A stretch of 64,000 nucleotides of DNA from contig CAZWEM010000004.1 in assembly GCA_964632315.1 (NCBI GenBank), forward strand, positions 98,758-162,757, written 5' to 3'. The DNA comes from an uncultured archaeon (lineage in GTDB: Archaea; Asgardarchaeota; Lokiarchaeia; Sigyniarchaeales; SOKP01). Numbering within the stretch: position 1 is the first letter of the stretch; each line of letters begins with the position of its first letter. This document shows, in pieces, positions 9,187 to 18,330 of the stretch. The notes below the pieces were generated by a model. It did no database searches. It had not been told where the DNA came from and saw nothing but the letters and a program-made list of their open reading frames with translations. Both the position numbers and the translations under genes were made by a program.

Positions 9187-10334
9187 GAACTTGTGATTGT
9201 GACGTTTATTAAATAAAGGTATTTAATATATTGAGCTCTTGGCCGACCAGGAACTAATATACTAAAAGGTCCACTATCGTATCCTAATTCTCTAGCATAA
9301 GGCCAAACTGGATCAGTTACACCAAAACCTGTTTCTCCCCATTCTCTTTGTTTATTTACTAAACACATAAGGAGATTCGTATCTGGTAGGGGGACTCCTG
9401 TAAGATCTTGTTGAGATTTATTGACTCTATCTGCAGCAATATAGGGAGGGACAATACCATCTTCAACATCTGATTGATCATATGCAGCGACATCTTCACT
9501 TGGACTAACAACCCCATCCACAGCATATAGTCTCAATGAATAATTCTTTCCGTTAGCAGAAGTATGTGATATTATTTCGGAGATATTCCGACCCCAGTAC
9601 TGTCTATTAAAATTCCAATCATCAAATCTGTTATAGGAATAATTTGCAGTAAATTCATTAAGATTCTTATTTTGTGGAGTTATCTCATACTCCTCTACTC
9701 CATCAACTTGTACTGAGACTGTCCAGTTATCTTGTACTGCTATCTTTTCTAAATTAAGGCATTGAACATTCCAGTTTTTACCTATTATTGAAAAATTACC
9801 ATAAGTATCACCTAATGGAGAATCTGCTAACCATTTGTTATCCGCTGCTATAACAATTACTAATGGATCCTGCGGACCTTTATACATTTTTTGCACTATA
9901 TTTTGAGAAGAAACTTGTTCTTGTACCGTTTGTCCTTTAGCAGTTAAATTCATAGTATTTGCGTAAAAGGTATCAAATTTTTCGAGTACATTTAATAAAT
10001 CTACTCCTGTTACTAAATGATCATCATAATAAAATTGATAACAAAATATCACGTCTTTATATTCATTGATTCTTGAACCAGACGTGTCTTCATCTTCCTC
10101 CATAGCTAATTGAATCCCTTCTAAAATGTCTGATAGAGTTATCTTTATTGTATTTGTTTGATTGTCAAGCATAAAGTAGGCACCATTAGGAGCAGTACTC
10201 CAATCAGCGGGTAGCCCTTTATATCCTTCTTCTTGAGGTTGAGGTTGATTCAGAATGAATATTAATCCAATTCCACCAGCAATCGCTACTATTGCAATTA
10301 AGCTTATTCCAATGTAGATATCTTTTTTCTTCAT
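9183..10334 (-). CDS. Membrane-anchored protein with two divergent Oxidored_molyb-like domains
   Basis: N-terminal TM helix; TGVDLLNVL, YWGRNISEII, YAVDG, SGPFSILVPG..YIKYL. Confidence 0.65.
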   Translation of the reverse strand: MKKKDIYIGISLIAIVAIAGGIGLIFILNQPQPQEEGYKGLPADWSTAPNGAYFMLDNQTNTIKITLSDILEGIQLAMEEDEDTSGSRINEYKDVIFCYQFYYDDHLVTGVDLLNVLEKFDTFYANTMNLTAKGQTVQEQVSSQNIVQKMYKGPQDPLVIVIAADNKWLADSPLGDTYGNFSIIGKNWNVQCLNLEKIAVQDNWTVSVQVDGVEEYEITPQNKNLNEFTANYSYNRFDDWNFNRQYWGRNISEIISHTSANGKNYSLRLYAVDGVVSPSEDVAAYDQSDVEDGIVPPYIAADRVNKSQQDLTGVPLPDTNLLMCLVNKQREWGETGFGVTDPVWPYARELGYDSGPFSILVPGRPRAQYIKYLYLINVTITSS

Positions 10335-10370
10335 TTTTTATGAAACTGAGTTTAATTGATTTAGATAATT

Positions 10371-10394
10371 CGATATAAATTATTAAACATAACG
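10371..10394. promoter_or_regulatory. ModE-box-like operator overlapping the TATA box of the 10334 gene
   Basis: CGATAT-AAATTATTAAAC-ATAACG matches CGNTAT-N12-ATANCG and contains TTTATAT on the minus strand ~40 nt before the start codon. Confidence 0.7.
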
Positions 10395-10469
10395 TTTTTA
10401 ATTCGACTAATTTAACATTTGTTATATTATTTATTTAATTGAGGGAATCTAATATCCTCATTAATTGTT

Positions 10470-10486
10470 AAAAAGAAAAAAAAAAA
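10470..10486 (-). terminator. Oligo-T tract (probable archaeal terminator) after the triple-repeat gene
   Basis: TTTTTTTTTTCTTTTT on the minus strand ~10 nt after the stop at 10497. Confidence 0.5.
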
Positions 10487-10496
10487 GACTTATATG

Positions 10497-11921
10497 TTAT
10501 ACCAAAATTAGCATTTCTATACAATTTCTATTCCAATACGGCCCTAGATTGATATCTGATTGTACCGTCATGTTGATTATGGATCGGAAAGGACCATCAT
10601 CCAAGGGATCAAAATCAGTTCCACCGTAGGCAAAAATGCATTCAGCATAACCAGCGTTCATAAGTTTAGTGATGTTCAAATAACCTTCTGCATGTTCCAC
10701 AGAATTATACCCATCAGCTGCGATGAACGTATAATTTACGGCTCCACCTGTTAGTAAAGATTCTTTTTCGAGAATATCCCTGATGGAAACGCCTGAATAT
10801 GTCCCATTTCTATCTATGCTTCGGGCATAAAATTGATTCGTAAATTGCTGGTATTTACTTGATGTTAATTGTGTCATTGTCAATGATATACTACCCGTAG
10901 TTCCGCTACCATCAAAAGTGATAAAGGGTTCCCCTATAATTTGCATCTCCGTACAATTTCTATTCCAAAACTTGCCAAGATTAGGATCTGGATTTACTGT
11001 CATATTGATGATTGATCGAACAAGTCCATCACTTTCAGGATCAAAATCTGTACCACCGTAGGCAAAAATGCATTCAGCATAGCCAGCATTCATCAATTTA
11101 GTGATGTTAAAATAACCACCAGCAGCTACCGCAGAATTATAGCCATCAGCTGCGATGAATGTATAATTTACGGCTCCACCATTCAATAATGATTCTTTTT
11201 CGAGAATATCCCTGATGGAAACGCCTGAATATGTCCCATTTCTATCTATGCTTCGGGCATAAAATTGATTCGTAAATTGTTGGTATTCACTTGATTGCAA
11301 ATCAGACATGGTTAGTGATAAAGCACTTGTCGTTCCACTACCCCATATCGTCATTACTACATCTTCTGGTTCAACTCCTGCTATGATTTGCATCTCAGTA
11401 CAATTCTTATTCCAAAACTTGCCAAGATTTTCATCTGGAAATACGGTTATGTTGACGATTGATCGAATAAGACCATCTACTTCTGGAATAAAATCAGTTC
11501 CACCATATGCAAAGATGCATTCATCATAATCAGCATTAATCAAATCATTGATATTAAAGAAGTAGCCAGCAGCTACAGCAGAATCATACCCATCGGCTGC
11601 AATAAATGTAAAATTTAATGCATCACCAGTCAATAGGGATTCTTTTTCGAGAATATCTCGAATGGAAACACCGGAGTAAGTTGCATTTCTATCTATACTT
11701 CGGGCATAAAATAGATTCGTAAATTGACGATATTTACTCGATTTTAGCTCGGACATGGTTAATGTGAAATCATTCGTGGTCCCACTGCCCTTTATAGTCA
11801 ATACTACATCTTCTTCTTGACTTGGAGGTTGATTCATAACAAAATAAACACCAATGCCAATTCCAGCTCCTACTAAGACAATTATTAAAACTATAATTCC
11901 AATTTGAGCACTTTTTTTCAT
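10497..11921 (-). CDS. Membrane-anchored surface protein with three tandem Oxidored_molyb-like domains
   Basis: N-terminal TM helix; three copies of YSGVSIRDILEK / FIAADGY / CIFAYGG / DG..RSI / WN.NC; many N-x-S/T sequons. Confidence 0.8.
   Translation of the reverse strand: MKKSAQIGIIVLIIVLVGAGIGIGVYFVMNQPPSQEEDVVLTIKGSGTTNDFTLTMSELKSSKYRQFTNLFYARSIDRNATYSGVSIRDILEKESLLTGDALNFTFIAADGYDSAVAAGYFFNINDLINADYDECIFAYGGTDFIPEVDGLIRSIVNITVFPDENLGKFWNKNCTEMQIIAGVEPEDVVMTIWGSGTTSALSLTMSDLQSSEYQQFTNQFYARSIDRNGTYSGVSIRDILEKESLLNGGAVNYTFIAADGYNSAVAAGGYFNITKLMNAGYAECIFAYGGTDFDPESDGLVRSIINMTVNPDPNLGKFWNRNCTEMQIIGEPFITFDGSGTTGSISLTMTQLTSSKYQQFTNQFYARSIDRNGTYSGVSIRDILEKESLLTGGAVNYTFIAADGYNSVEHAEGYLNITKLMNAGYAECIFAYGGTDFDPLDDGPFRSIINMTVQSDINLGPYWNRNCIEMLILV
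10500..11810 (-). repeat. Intragenic tandem triplication, units of ~432-447 bp
   Basis: The anchor TCTTTTTCGAGAATATC occurs at 10762, 11194 and 11641 (offsets 432 and 447). Units 2 and 3 share long identical stretches. Boundaries are approximate. Confidence 0.9.
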
Positions 11922-11980
11922 ATTTATCAGTTAGGTTTTTTAAAAGATTTATGTCTAATTTGTAATTAGTGTTATTTAAG

Positions 11981-12004
11981 TGTTATGTATGGACAGTCAT
12001 AACG
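11981..12004. promoter_or_regulatory. ModE-box-like operator next to the TATA/BRE of the 11921 gene
   Basis: TGTTAT-GTATGGACAGTC-ATAACG (GTTAT-N12-ATAAC), followed on the minus strand by CTTAAATA. Confidence 0.65.
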
Positions 12005-12273
12005 TAGAAAACAAGTTGTTAACACGTAAGAGAACTTTAGAATAAATTTTGGTAATAACATTTAATACGCTTTTTCGAATCAAGTTTACGTGTACAAGTC
12101 TATTTTCAGCCAACCTAAGTGGATAGAGAGGATATTTATCGTAAGTGTACCAAATCTCGTTTATTATCATTTAAAATTAGTATTTAATGATTTGAAATGA
12201 ATCTTTTTAATTTTGATATGAAAAAAGAATAATCTTACGATTTTTATGATAAAATTAAGTGAGATAAAAATAA

Positions 12274-13011
12274 TTAAGGTAAAGTAATTATATTTGTGCT
12301 CTCATCAAGATTGATAATACTCTTTACAGCTAATTGTTTTATAGTTCTAACAGCCATTATCGGGGGAACATCTAATAATTTCTTTAACTCATCAAGATTA
12401 CAACTCCCTTGATCCATTATGGTTGCAATGATATCTACTTCAGGGATTTCCTGCTCAGAATTTTCAATTAAGAAAGATGTAAAGAAGTTATTCCGTTTTA
12501 AATAGGTCATTTTTTTATTTAATTCTTCCATTTTATCTTGTGTATAAAGAGTTTTTAATTGAGCTTCTCGTGCTTCATTATCAATCTTTTGTTGTTCTAA
12601 CTGGCTTTTTTCTTTTTCCTCAGCTAAAATTTTGTCATTTAGGACTGACAAATTCGATTGAACATCATTTAACTCCATAGTTGGAGTGTTGAGTTCATTT
12701 TGTAGTCTTTCAAGAGTGGTAGTTAATTCTGTTGATTTTTTTGTTAACTCCAGTTTTGATGCTTTTAAATCATTTAATTTTGAATCAAAATCCCCAAATT
12801 TCGTTTTTAGTTCAGTTAGTTCTGAATTTTGAATCTCCAAGTTGGATTCAAGCTTTTTAATCTCTTCTTGTTCAGTTTTTAACATCTTCCACGAATTTCC
12901 AATATTTTGAATTGCATCTTCAGTATTTTTTTTAAATGATTGAACGTACTCATCAAAGTTCGATTCTAACTGTTCAATAGCAGCAAGTACATCTTTTAAG
13001 TTTGAGCTCAT
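12274..13011 (-). CDS. Long coiled-coil protein with a C-terminal winged-helix-like domain
   Basis: Heptad-rich E/K/L sequence over ~170 aa; C-terminus IIATIMDQGSCNLDELKKLLDVPPIMAVRTIKQLAVKSIINLD has a wHTH pattern. Confidence 0.75.
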   Translation of the reverse strand: MSSNLKDVLAAIEQLESNFDEYVQSFKKNTEDAIQNIGNSWKMLKTEQEEIKKLESNLEIQNSELTELKTKFGDFDSKLNDLKASKLELTKKSTELTTTLERLQNELNTPTMELNDVQSNLSVLNDKILAEEKEKSQLEQQKIDNEAREAQLKTLYTQDKMEELNKKMTYLKRNNFFTSFLIENSEQEIPEVDIIATIMDQGSCNLDELKKLLDVPPIMAVRTIKQLAVKSIINLDESTNIITLP

Positions 13012-13779
13012 TTAAAAATCAACCTCTTCTTTTAATTTTATAGTTTCAGATTGTTCATCATAGATAATGGGTCCATTTTCTTCAAGCATTTTAGCTATGA
13101 ATCTTTTCGCTTTATCTTCTCGCATATCAATTGCAACTAATATGTTTTTTAAATCAAGCGTACTACCTACTTGGAGAGTTTTTATAAGTTGTAATAAAGA
13201 AGAGTTAAGATATTTCTTATTTATCAAAATTTTCATAGCAGCGACTCTATTTTCGTATGACTGCACATATCTTTCCTTCTTGAGAAAGGTTTTTTCAAGT
13301 TCATCTTCAAGATCTTTTAGTTTTGAAGAAAAAATTTCATTTTCTCGGGAAAGTTCCATGAGAACATTTTCCAATTCTTTCAATCTTTTGTTTCGATTCT
13401 CAAATTCTTCTCTCTTTGATTTGATCGCCAAATTTGTTGATTCTATAGCTTTGTGATTTTCATCTATCTCATTTAGCAATTTTTGTCTTTTTTCTGATAA
13501 TAATTTATTATCCTCTTCAAAATTCCCGATATCTCGCTGAGTTTGAGATATCTTATTTTTAAGATTGTTGATCTCCTCGTAGTTTTCTTCGATTTGTTTT
13601 ATTAACTTATTTTTTTCTTTTTCATAATTTTCAATAGCTTCTAAAACAAGTTCGGGTTGCGCCCTTAATTTCGGGATATAATCACTATTTACCCCGCTTA
13701 TATTAACAATTGTTGAAACTATTTTTTTTAAAGATGTTTTGGCATCTAGAAGTGGAACTTCACTCATCCTTATCTCCAA
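13012..13779 (-). CDS. Long coiled-coil protein with a C-terminal winged-helix-like domain
   Basis: Coiled coil followed by LIKTLQVGSTLDLKNILVAIDMREDKAKRFIAKMLE..IIYDE; abuts the next gene with no gap. Confidence 0.75.
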   Translation of the reverse strand: MEIRMSEVPLLDAKTSLKKIVSTIVNISGVNSDYIPKLRAQPELVLEAIENYEKEKNKLIKQIEENYEEINNLKNKISQTQRDIGNFEEDNKLLSEKRQKLLNEIDENHKAIESTNLAIKSKREEFENRNKRLKELENVLMELSRENEIFSSKLKDLEDELEKTFLKKERYVQSYENRVAAMKILINKKYLNSSLLQLIKTLQVGSTLDLKNILVAIDMREDKAKRFIAKMLEENGPIIYDEQSETIKLKEEVDF

Positions 13780-13856
13780 TTTAAAATTATTTTTACCTAT
13801 AAGATAGGTTTCATGTTATTAAATTTGCATTTTTAGAAACCTATAGAATTTTAAGT

Positions 13857-14684
13857 TCAAATATTACGTGAGATTTGTTTAATAAAATTAGTTTTATTTA
13901 AACTCATTTGAAGATTTCTTCTTCTCATAACCTCGTTTAAGTCTTCAATTAACCTTTCTGCAAAATATGTAAAATTGAATTCAAATCCCGGATTTGTTTC
14001 ATAATAACTTTTCAAGAAATAGTTAAGTAGGTCAATTTTAAGTTTTGGATCATTCATTTCAAAAACTCCGGGTTTAGTATCTAGCAATGAACAACTTACC
14101 CAGGCAAGATCATCAATAGGATTTCCAATGTAAGCTTCCTCAAAATCAGTTCCATAAATTTCTCTTGTTTCAGTATTGAAGATAAAGTCTCTTAACCGCG
14201 TATCCCCTTTATTTAAAACGATAATATCTTCTTTACTAACTAAATTATTAATGTGGAGATTACCAAGCCATTCTGCTAATTTAAAGAGAGCATCCTCTAT
14301 TTTTTTTCTATAACTATTATCTAAGGAAGATATATCTTCTACATCAATTAATTTATCATTTATAAAGTCACATAAATTCTCTCCTTGGATATAGTTGAGA
14401 ATAAGAAATGGACTTTTAAAAAATAGAACATCTGGAACCCTTAATTCTTGATTTTTCAACTTGACTAACTCAGAATATTCCTTTTGAGCGTTTGTCGTCC
14501 GAAATATTTTTACTACTATATTTTTCGGGAAATGTTTTGTTGGTCTGTTAAAAATAAGTTTAGCGACGGAATTTTTTCTGCTATTTAATTTTTGGATGAT
14601 AAAATAATTTAATCTATCAACGAAATCAGGAAGATCGCCCTTGAGATTACTCACAATTTCCTTTCGGATCTCTAAGAGTTCCAT
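13857..14684 (-). CDS. Atypical protein kinase-like (RIO/Bud32/APH superfamily) phosphotransferase
   Basis: VVKIF, E of helix C, VPDVL, YIQG, catalytic-loop variant KGDTRLRDF, DFE, DDLA. Confidence 0.75.
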   Translation of the reverse strand: MELLEIRKEIVSNLKGDLPDFVDRLNYFIIQKLNSRKNSVAKLIFNRPTKHFPKNIVVKIFRTTNAQKEYSELVKLKNQELRVPDVLFFKSPFLILNYIQGENLCDFINDKLIDVEDISSLDNSYRKKIEDALFKLAEWLGNLHINNLVSKEDIIVLNKGDTRLRDFIFNTETREIYGTDFEEAYIGNPIDDLAWVSCSLLDTKPGVFEMNDPKLKIDLLNYFLKSYYETNPGFEFNFTYFAERLIEDLNEVMRRRNLQMSLNKTNFIKQISRNI

Positions 14685-14894
14685 TTTTACAAAATATAAG
14701 ATATTTCATATATTAAATGCTATACTATGTGTGATTTATAAAATCATTATTATAATAATTTTTTTCTTTAAAAAATGAATTATATTTATTTTGGGCATCA
14801 TCTCTTAATTAGGCGAACATCTTCGACTAAAAAATTAAATCATTTTTAGGATATTAAAATAATAAATAAATGCGATACACAAGTTTGTTTCCTA

Positions 14895-15776
14895 ATGAAC
14901 AACTATAAATATAAATTAGGGGTATTTTATGGAATTGACCCTGAAACAGAGATGCTTTCTAAAAAGTTCGTTGGAAATCTCATAAATGATGAAGAATTTT
15001 GTAAAGCATGTGAACTTCTTGAGCAAAAGGTTAAATGCGATCACTGTCGAGAAGATAAGAAAGGTCATGCTAGTTCCATTTATTACTTTGAACAAATTGG
15101 AGAAAATGTACCAGACTTTATTGACGAACCTGCAAAATATTTTCCTAAGAGTTTACCGGAAGTTGACTTTTTATTAGTCATTGGAATTCATCAAGATTTA
15201 TTGGCTGGACTTCCAGAATATCTGAAAGATAAACACTTATTAGCAGTCATCATCCCTATTGAAAATCCAAAATGGATTCCACCTGGTTTACAAGTCCAAG
15301 TTTTGGAAGAATTTGAAAAATTTGGAATTCAAGCAGCATTTCCTAAACCCTTCTGTGCATTAAGCAAAAATTTAAACCAATATAATGTAGAAGGATTCAA
15401 TATCACCCATAAAAGAGATCAAATTATAAAGTTCATTGATTATTTTAAAATTGGGGAACCAATTGTTGAATTCCTTCTTACAAAAGACGGAAGAGCTATC
15501 GAAGATACTTGTGTTCTTCAAACGGCTCCCTGTGGATCCACTTTTTTTATAATGCAACAACTTCATGGGAAATATATTGAGAATGATAAAACCAGTTTAA
15601 ATGAAAAAATTAGTAAAGCACATCATTCGTATCCATGTAATGCTTCAATGGATCAAGATTCTGTTTTAAAAGAATCCATACTTCATGTTGGGGGGTATTT
15701 AATAAGAAATGAAATAAGAAAGAAACTAAACCTACCAATTGAAGAGGAGAGGAAATTAGTTTATATCATTAAATAA
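14895..15776 (+). CDS. DUF166 family protein
   Basis: PKPFCAL, APCGST and HHSYPCNASM motifs; N-terminal Cys cluster CKAC..CDHC. Confidence 0.8.
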   Translation: MNNYKYKLGVFYGIDPETEMLSKKFVGNLINDEEFCKACELLEQKVKCDHCREDKKGHASSIYYFEQIGENVPDFIDEPAKYFPKSLPEVDFLLVIGIHQDLLAGLPEYLKDKHLLAVIIPIENPKWIPPGLQVQVLEEFEKFGIQAAFPKPFCALSKNLNQYNVEGFNITHKRDQIIKFIDYFKIGEPIVEFLLTKDGRAIEDTCVLQTAPCGSTFFIMQQLHGKYIENDKTSLNEKISKAHHSYPCNASMDQDSVLKESILHVGGYLIRNEIRKKLNLPIEEERKLVYIIK

Positions 15777-15933
15777 AAAATCTAATTAGTACATTCTAAA
15801 GATTTTGTAATAATAAATAACTATTCTACAGAAATCACTTTTCATTATCACAATAAAATATTTGAGATCTTTATGAGAAATAGGTAGAAAATTTTTAAAT
15901 TTTGTTCAGTATTGAAAATTAGGTGAATTTAAT

Positions 15934-18087
15934 TTGCAAGTTGAATGTTCAAGTCCAGTATGTAAGATTGATGATGAAGAAATCGAGGAAAGGGAATCGT
16001 TATTTGAAGTAAATTTCTGGAGGTTTATCATACCTTCCGTGATTATACTGGCTATTTCAATCTTTTTAGAATTTTTTACTAATCAAACTTTATTGAGCCA
16101 AATTTTGGCAATTATATCAATATTTCTTTCAAGTTATGACATTGTTAAAGAAGCAATTGAAGATCTTATCAAGAAAAAGATTACAGCAAATACTTTAATG
16201 GTAGTCGCCGCAGTTGCATCCTTTTTTATATTTCATGGACAAGAGGGCGCAACAGCAATTCTTTTATATGCGATTGCTGAACATTTGGAAGTAATTACTA
16301 CTGAACGTTCAAGAAATGCAATTAAAGAATTATATGAACTAACACCAGATGAAGCATTACTCAAAGTTAATGATTCATATAAGAATGTGAGTACTGATCA
16401 AATAGAGATTGGAGATATCATTGGAATTAAACCAGGAATGAAAGCACCTTTAGATGGAACTGTAATTGCTGGGCAATCATATTTTGATGAAAGTGCGATT
16501 ACAGGAGAATCAGTACCAGTTTATAAGGAAGAGGGTGATGAAGTATATGCTGCAAGCATTAATAGTGATAGTTTTATAGATTTGAAGGTTACTACTGTAA
16601 GCTCTAATACTGTAGTGGCTCAAATTGCTGAAAGTATAAAGCTTGCTCAACAAAATAAATCAGAGGGAGAAAAATTTATCGAAAAATTCGCACGTTATTA
16701 TACTCCTACTATTCTAATTGCATCAATAATGGTAATGATCATTCCAACAATAGTATTTCACTTAAATTTTAATGATTGGTTTTATCGAGGACTTGTTCTA
16801 TTAGTAGTTTCTTGTCCTTGTGCTTTAACTTTATCCACACCGATAGCAAATATTACAGCTTTAACAAAATTAGCAAAAGAAGGAATTTTAGTCAAAGGTA
16901 ATAAGTATATTGAGAAGGTGAATAAAATTAATGCATTTGCTTTTGATAAAACGGGAACTCTCACTGAAGGAAATTTAAAGGTTTTCGAAGTCCAGTCCTA
17001 CGGAATCGAAAAAGAGGAAGTTCTTTCTATTGCTGCAAGCCTTGAATCCCTCTCAGAGCATCCTATAGGAAGAGCAATTGTTAACCAAGTTTCTCAAATG
17101 GATATAGATACTTCCCCCGTTCAAAATTTCGAAATTATCAGGGGTAAGGGAATCAAGGGTGAGATTGACAATAATTTATATTATGTAGGAAGTAAGAGAT
17201 TCTTTCAAGATTTAGGAATTAAATTACCTAGAGAAGATTTAGATGCAATCGAAATTGCTGGAACAATTGCTATATTATTGGGTACAGAAAGTTCCATCTT
17301 AGGAATTATTTCGATTAGAGACGTTCTACGGGTTACTGCGCCTATATTAATCGATGGTTTGAAAAAAAGAGGTTTTGAAGCTGCACTTATTTCAGGCGAT
17401 AGTCAAAATGTTTGCAATGAAATTGGCGCTTGTCTTGATATTGATAGTGCTCGAGGTGAATTATTACCCAATCAAAAGATTGAGGAAATTGATAATTTAA
17501 AATCACAATATAATGAAGTTGCCATGGTGGGAGATGGCATAAATGATGCACCTTCTCTGGCTAGATCTGACTTAGGAATCGCTATTGGAGCTTCAGCTAC
17601 AGACTTAACACTTGAAACTGCCGATGTTATTATTATGAATGATGATCTAAAAAAAATTCTGACCTTTATTGATATCTCAACAAATACAAATAAAATTATA
17701 AAGCAAAATATTTGGACATCAATAATAGTAAAAGTTTTATTCGCTGTTTTAACGGTATTTGGATTGATGACTTTGTGGTTAGCAGTAGGTGTTGGTGATA
17801 TGGGAGTTTCTCTTTTAGTTTTGTTCAATGGTTTGACAATTCTAAGATATAGGAATAAATTTAAACAATTGAATATTGAAAAAGTTGAATCTAAAGCAAA
17901 AATGTTAATTTGTGAGAATTGTAAAACTAAGAGGTTGATCCCTCAACATCATGGCAGAGATATGCTAAAATCTCAGAATAAGTTAATTTGTTGGAGAAAG
18001 ATGCTTGATAGCGATGAAATAGAACCATGCGACGAAGAACTTCCATTATACTGTCCGAATTGTGAAAATAAGTTGCAAGTTGTGTAA
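15934..18087 (+). CDS. P1B-type heavy-metal-translocating ATPase (Zn/Cd/Pb, CadA/ZntA-like) with a C-terminal Cys/His-rich domain
   Basis: TGES, SCPC, DKTGT, SEHP, GDGIND; K in TM7 and D..G in TM8; SD AGGTGA before the TTG start. Confidence 0.93.
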   Translation: MQVECSSPVCKIDDEEIEERESLFEVNFWRFIIPSVIILAISIFLEFFTNQTLLSQILAIISIFLSSYDIVKEAIEDLIKKKITANTLMVVAAVASFFIFHGQEGATAILLYAIAEHLEVITTERSRNAIKELYELTPDEALLKVNDSYKNVSTDQIEIGDIIGIKPGMKAPLDGTVIAGQSYFDESAITGESVPVYKEEGDEVYAASINSDSFIDLKVTTVSSNTVVAQIAESIKLAQQNKSEGEKFIEKFARYYTPTILIASIMVMIIPTIVFHLNFNDWFYRGLVLLVVSCPCALTLSTPIANITALTKLAKEGILVKGNKYIEKVNKINAFAFDKTGTLTEGNLKVFEVQSYGIEKEEVLSIAASLESLSEHPIGRAIVNQVSQMDIDTSPVQNFEIIRGKGIKGEIDNNLYYVGSKRFFQDLGIKLPREDLDAIEIAGTIAILLGTESSILGIISIRDVLRVTAPILIDGLKKRGFEAALISGDSQNVCNEIGACLDIDSARGELLPNQKIEEIDNLKSQYNEVAMVGDGINDAPSLARSDLGIAIGASATDLTLETADVIIMNDDLKKILTFIDISTNTNKIIKQNIWTSIIVKVLFAVLTVFGLMTLWLAVGVGDMGVSLLVLFNGLTILRYRNKFKQLNIEKVESKAKMLICENCKTKRLIPQHHGRDMLKSQNKLICWRKMLDSDEIEPCDEELPLYCPNCENKLQVV

Positions 18088-18111
18088 TGAATTTAAAGTT
18101 AGAAAAATCAG

Positions 18112-18196
18112 TGCGGGAAGGGAGATTTGAACTCCCGTACTCCTACGAGACTGGATTCTGAGTCCAGCGCCTTTGACCAAACTTGGCAATTCCCGC
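18112..18196 (-). tRNA. tRNA-Leu(CAG), intronless, CCA not encoded
   Basis: GCGGGAA/TTCCCGC acceptor stem, CTGGA-CT-CAG-AA-TCCAG anticodon arm, long variable arm, GTTCAAATC T-loop. Confidence 0.96.
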
Positions 18197-18330
18197 TATT
18201 TTTGTATTTGTCTTCTAATTTGTATGAAAATAATTACATGGAGTTTTTATACCTTATGAAGTTATTTAAGGTAAATGTTTTATTATAAGTAATAGATATT
18301 ATGTATTAAGAATAAATAAATCCTCTAAAA

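Noticed and set aside
10500-11810. CRISPR array or other non-coding repeat
   Set aside because: The repeats are long, in-frame protein-domain duplications. I saw no repeat-spacer array or cas gene anywhere in the window.
12022-12093. 8-bp inverted repeat ACACGTAA/TTACGTGT as a riboswitch or ncRNA upstream of the ECF operon
   Set aside because: It lies upstream of the likely TATA box, the arms are 56 nt apart, and I could draw no further structure or Moco-riboswitch motif.
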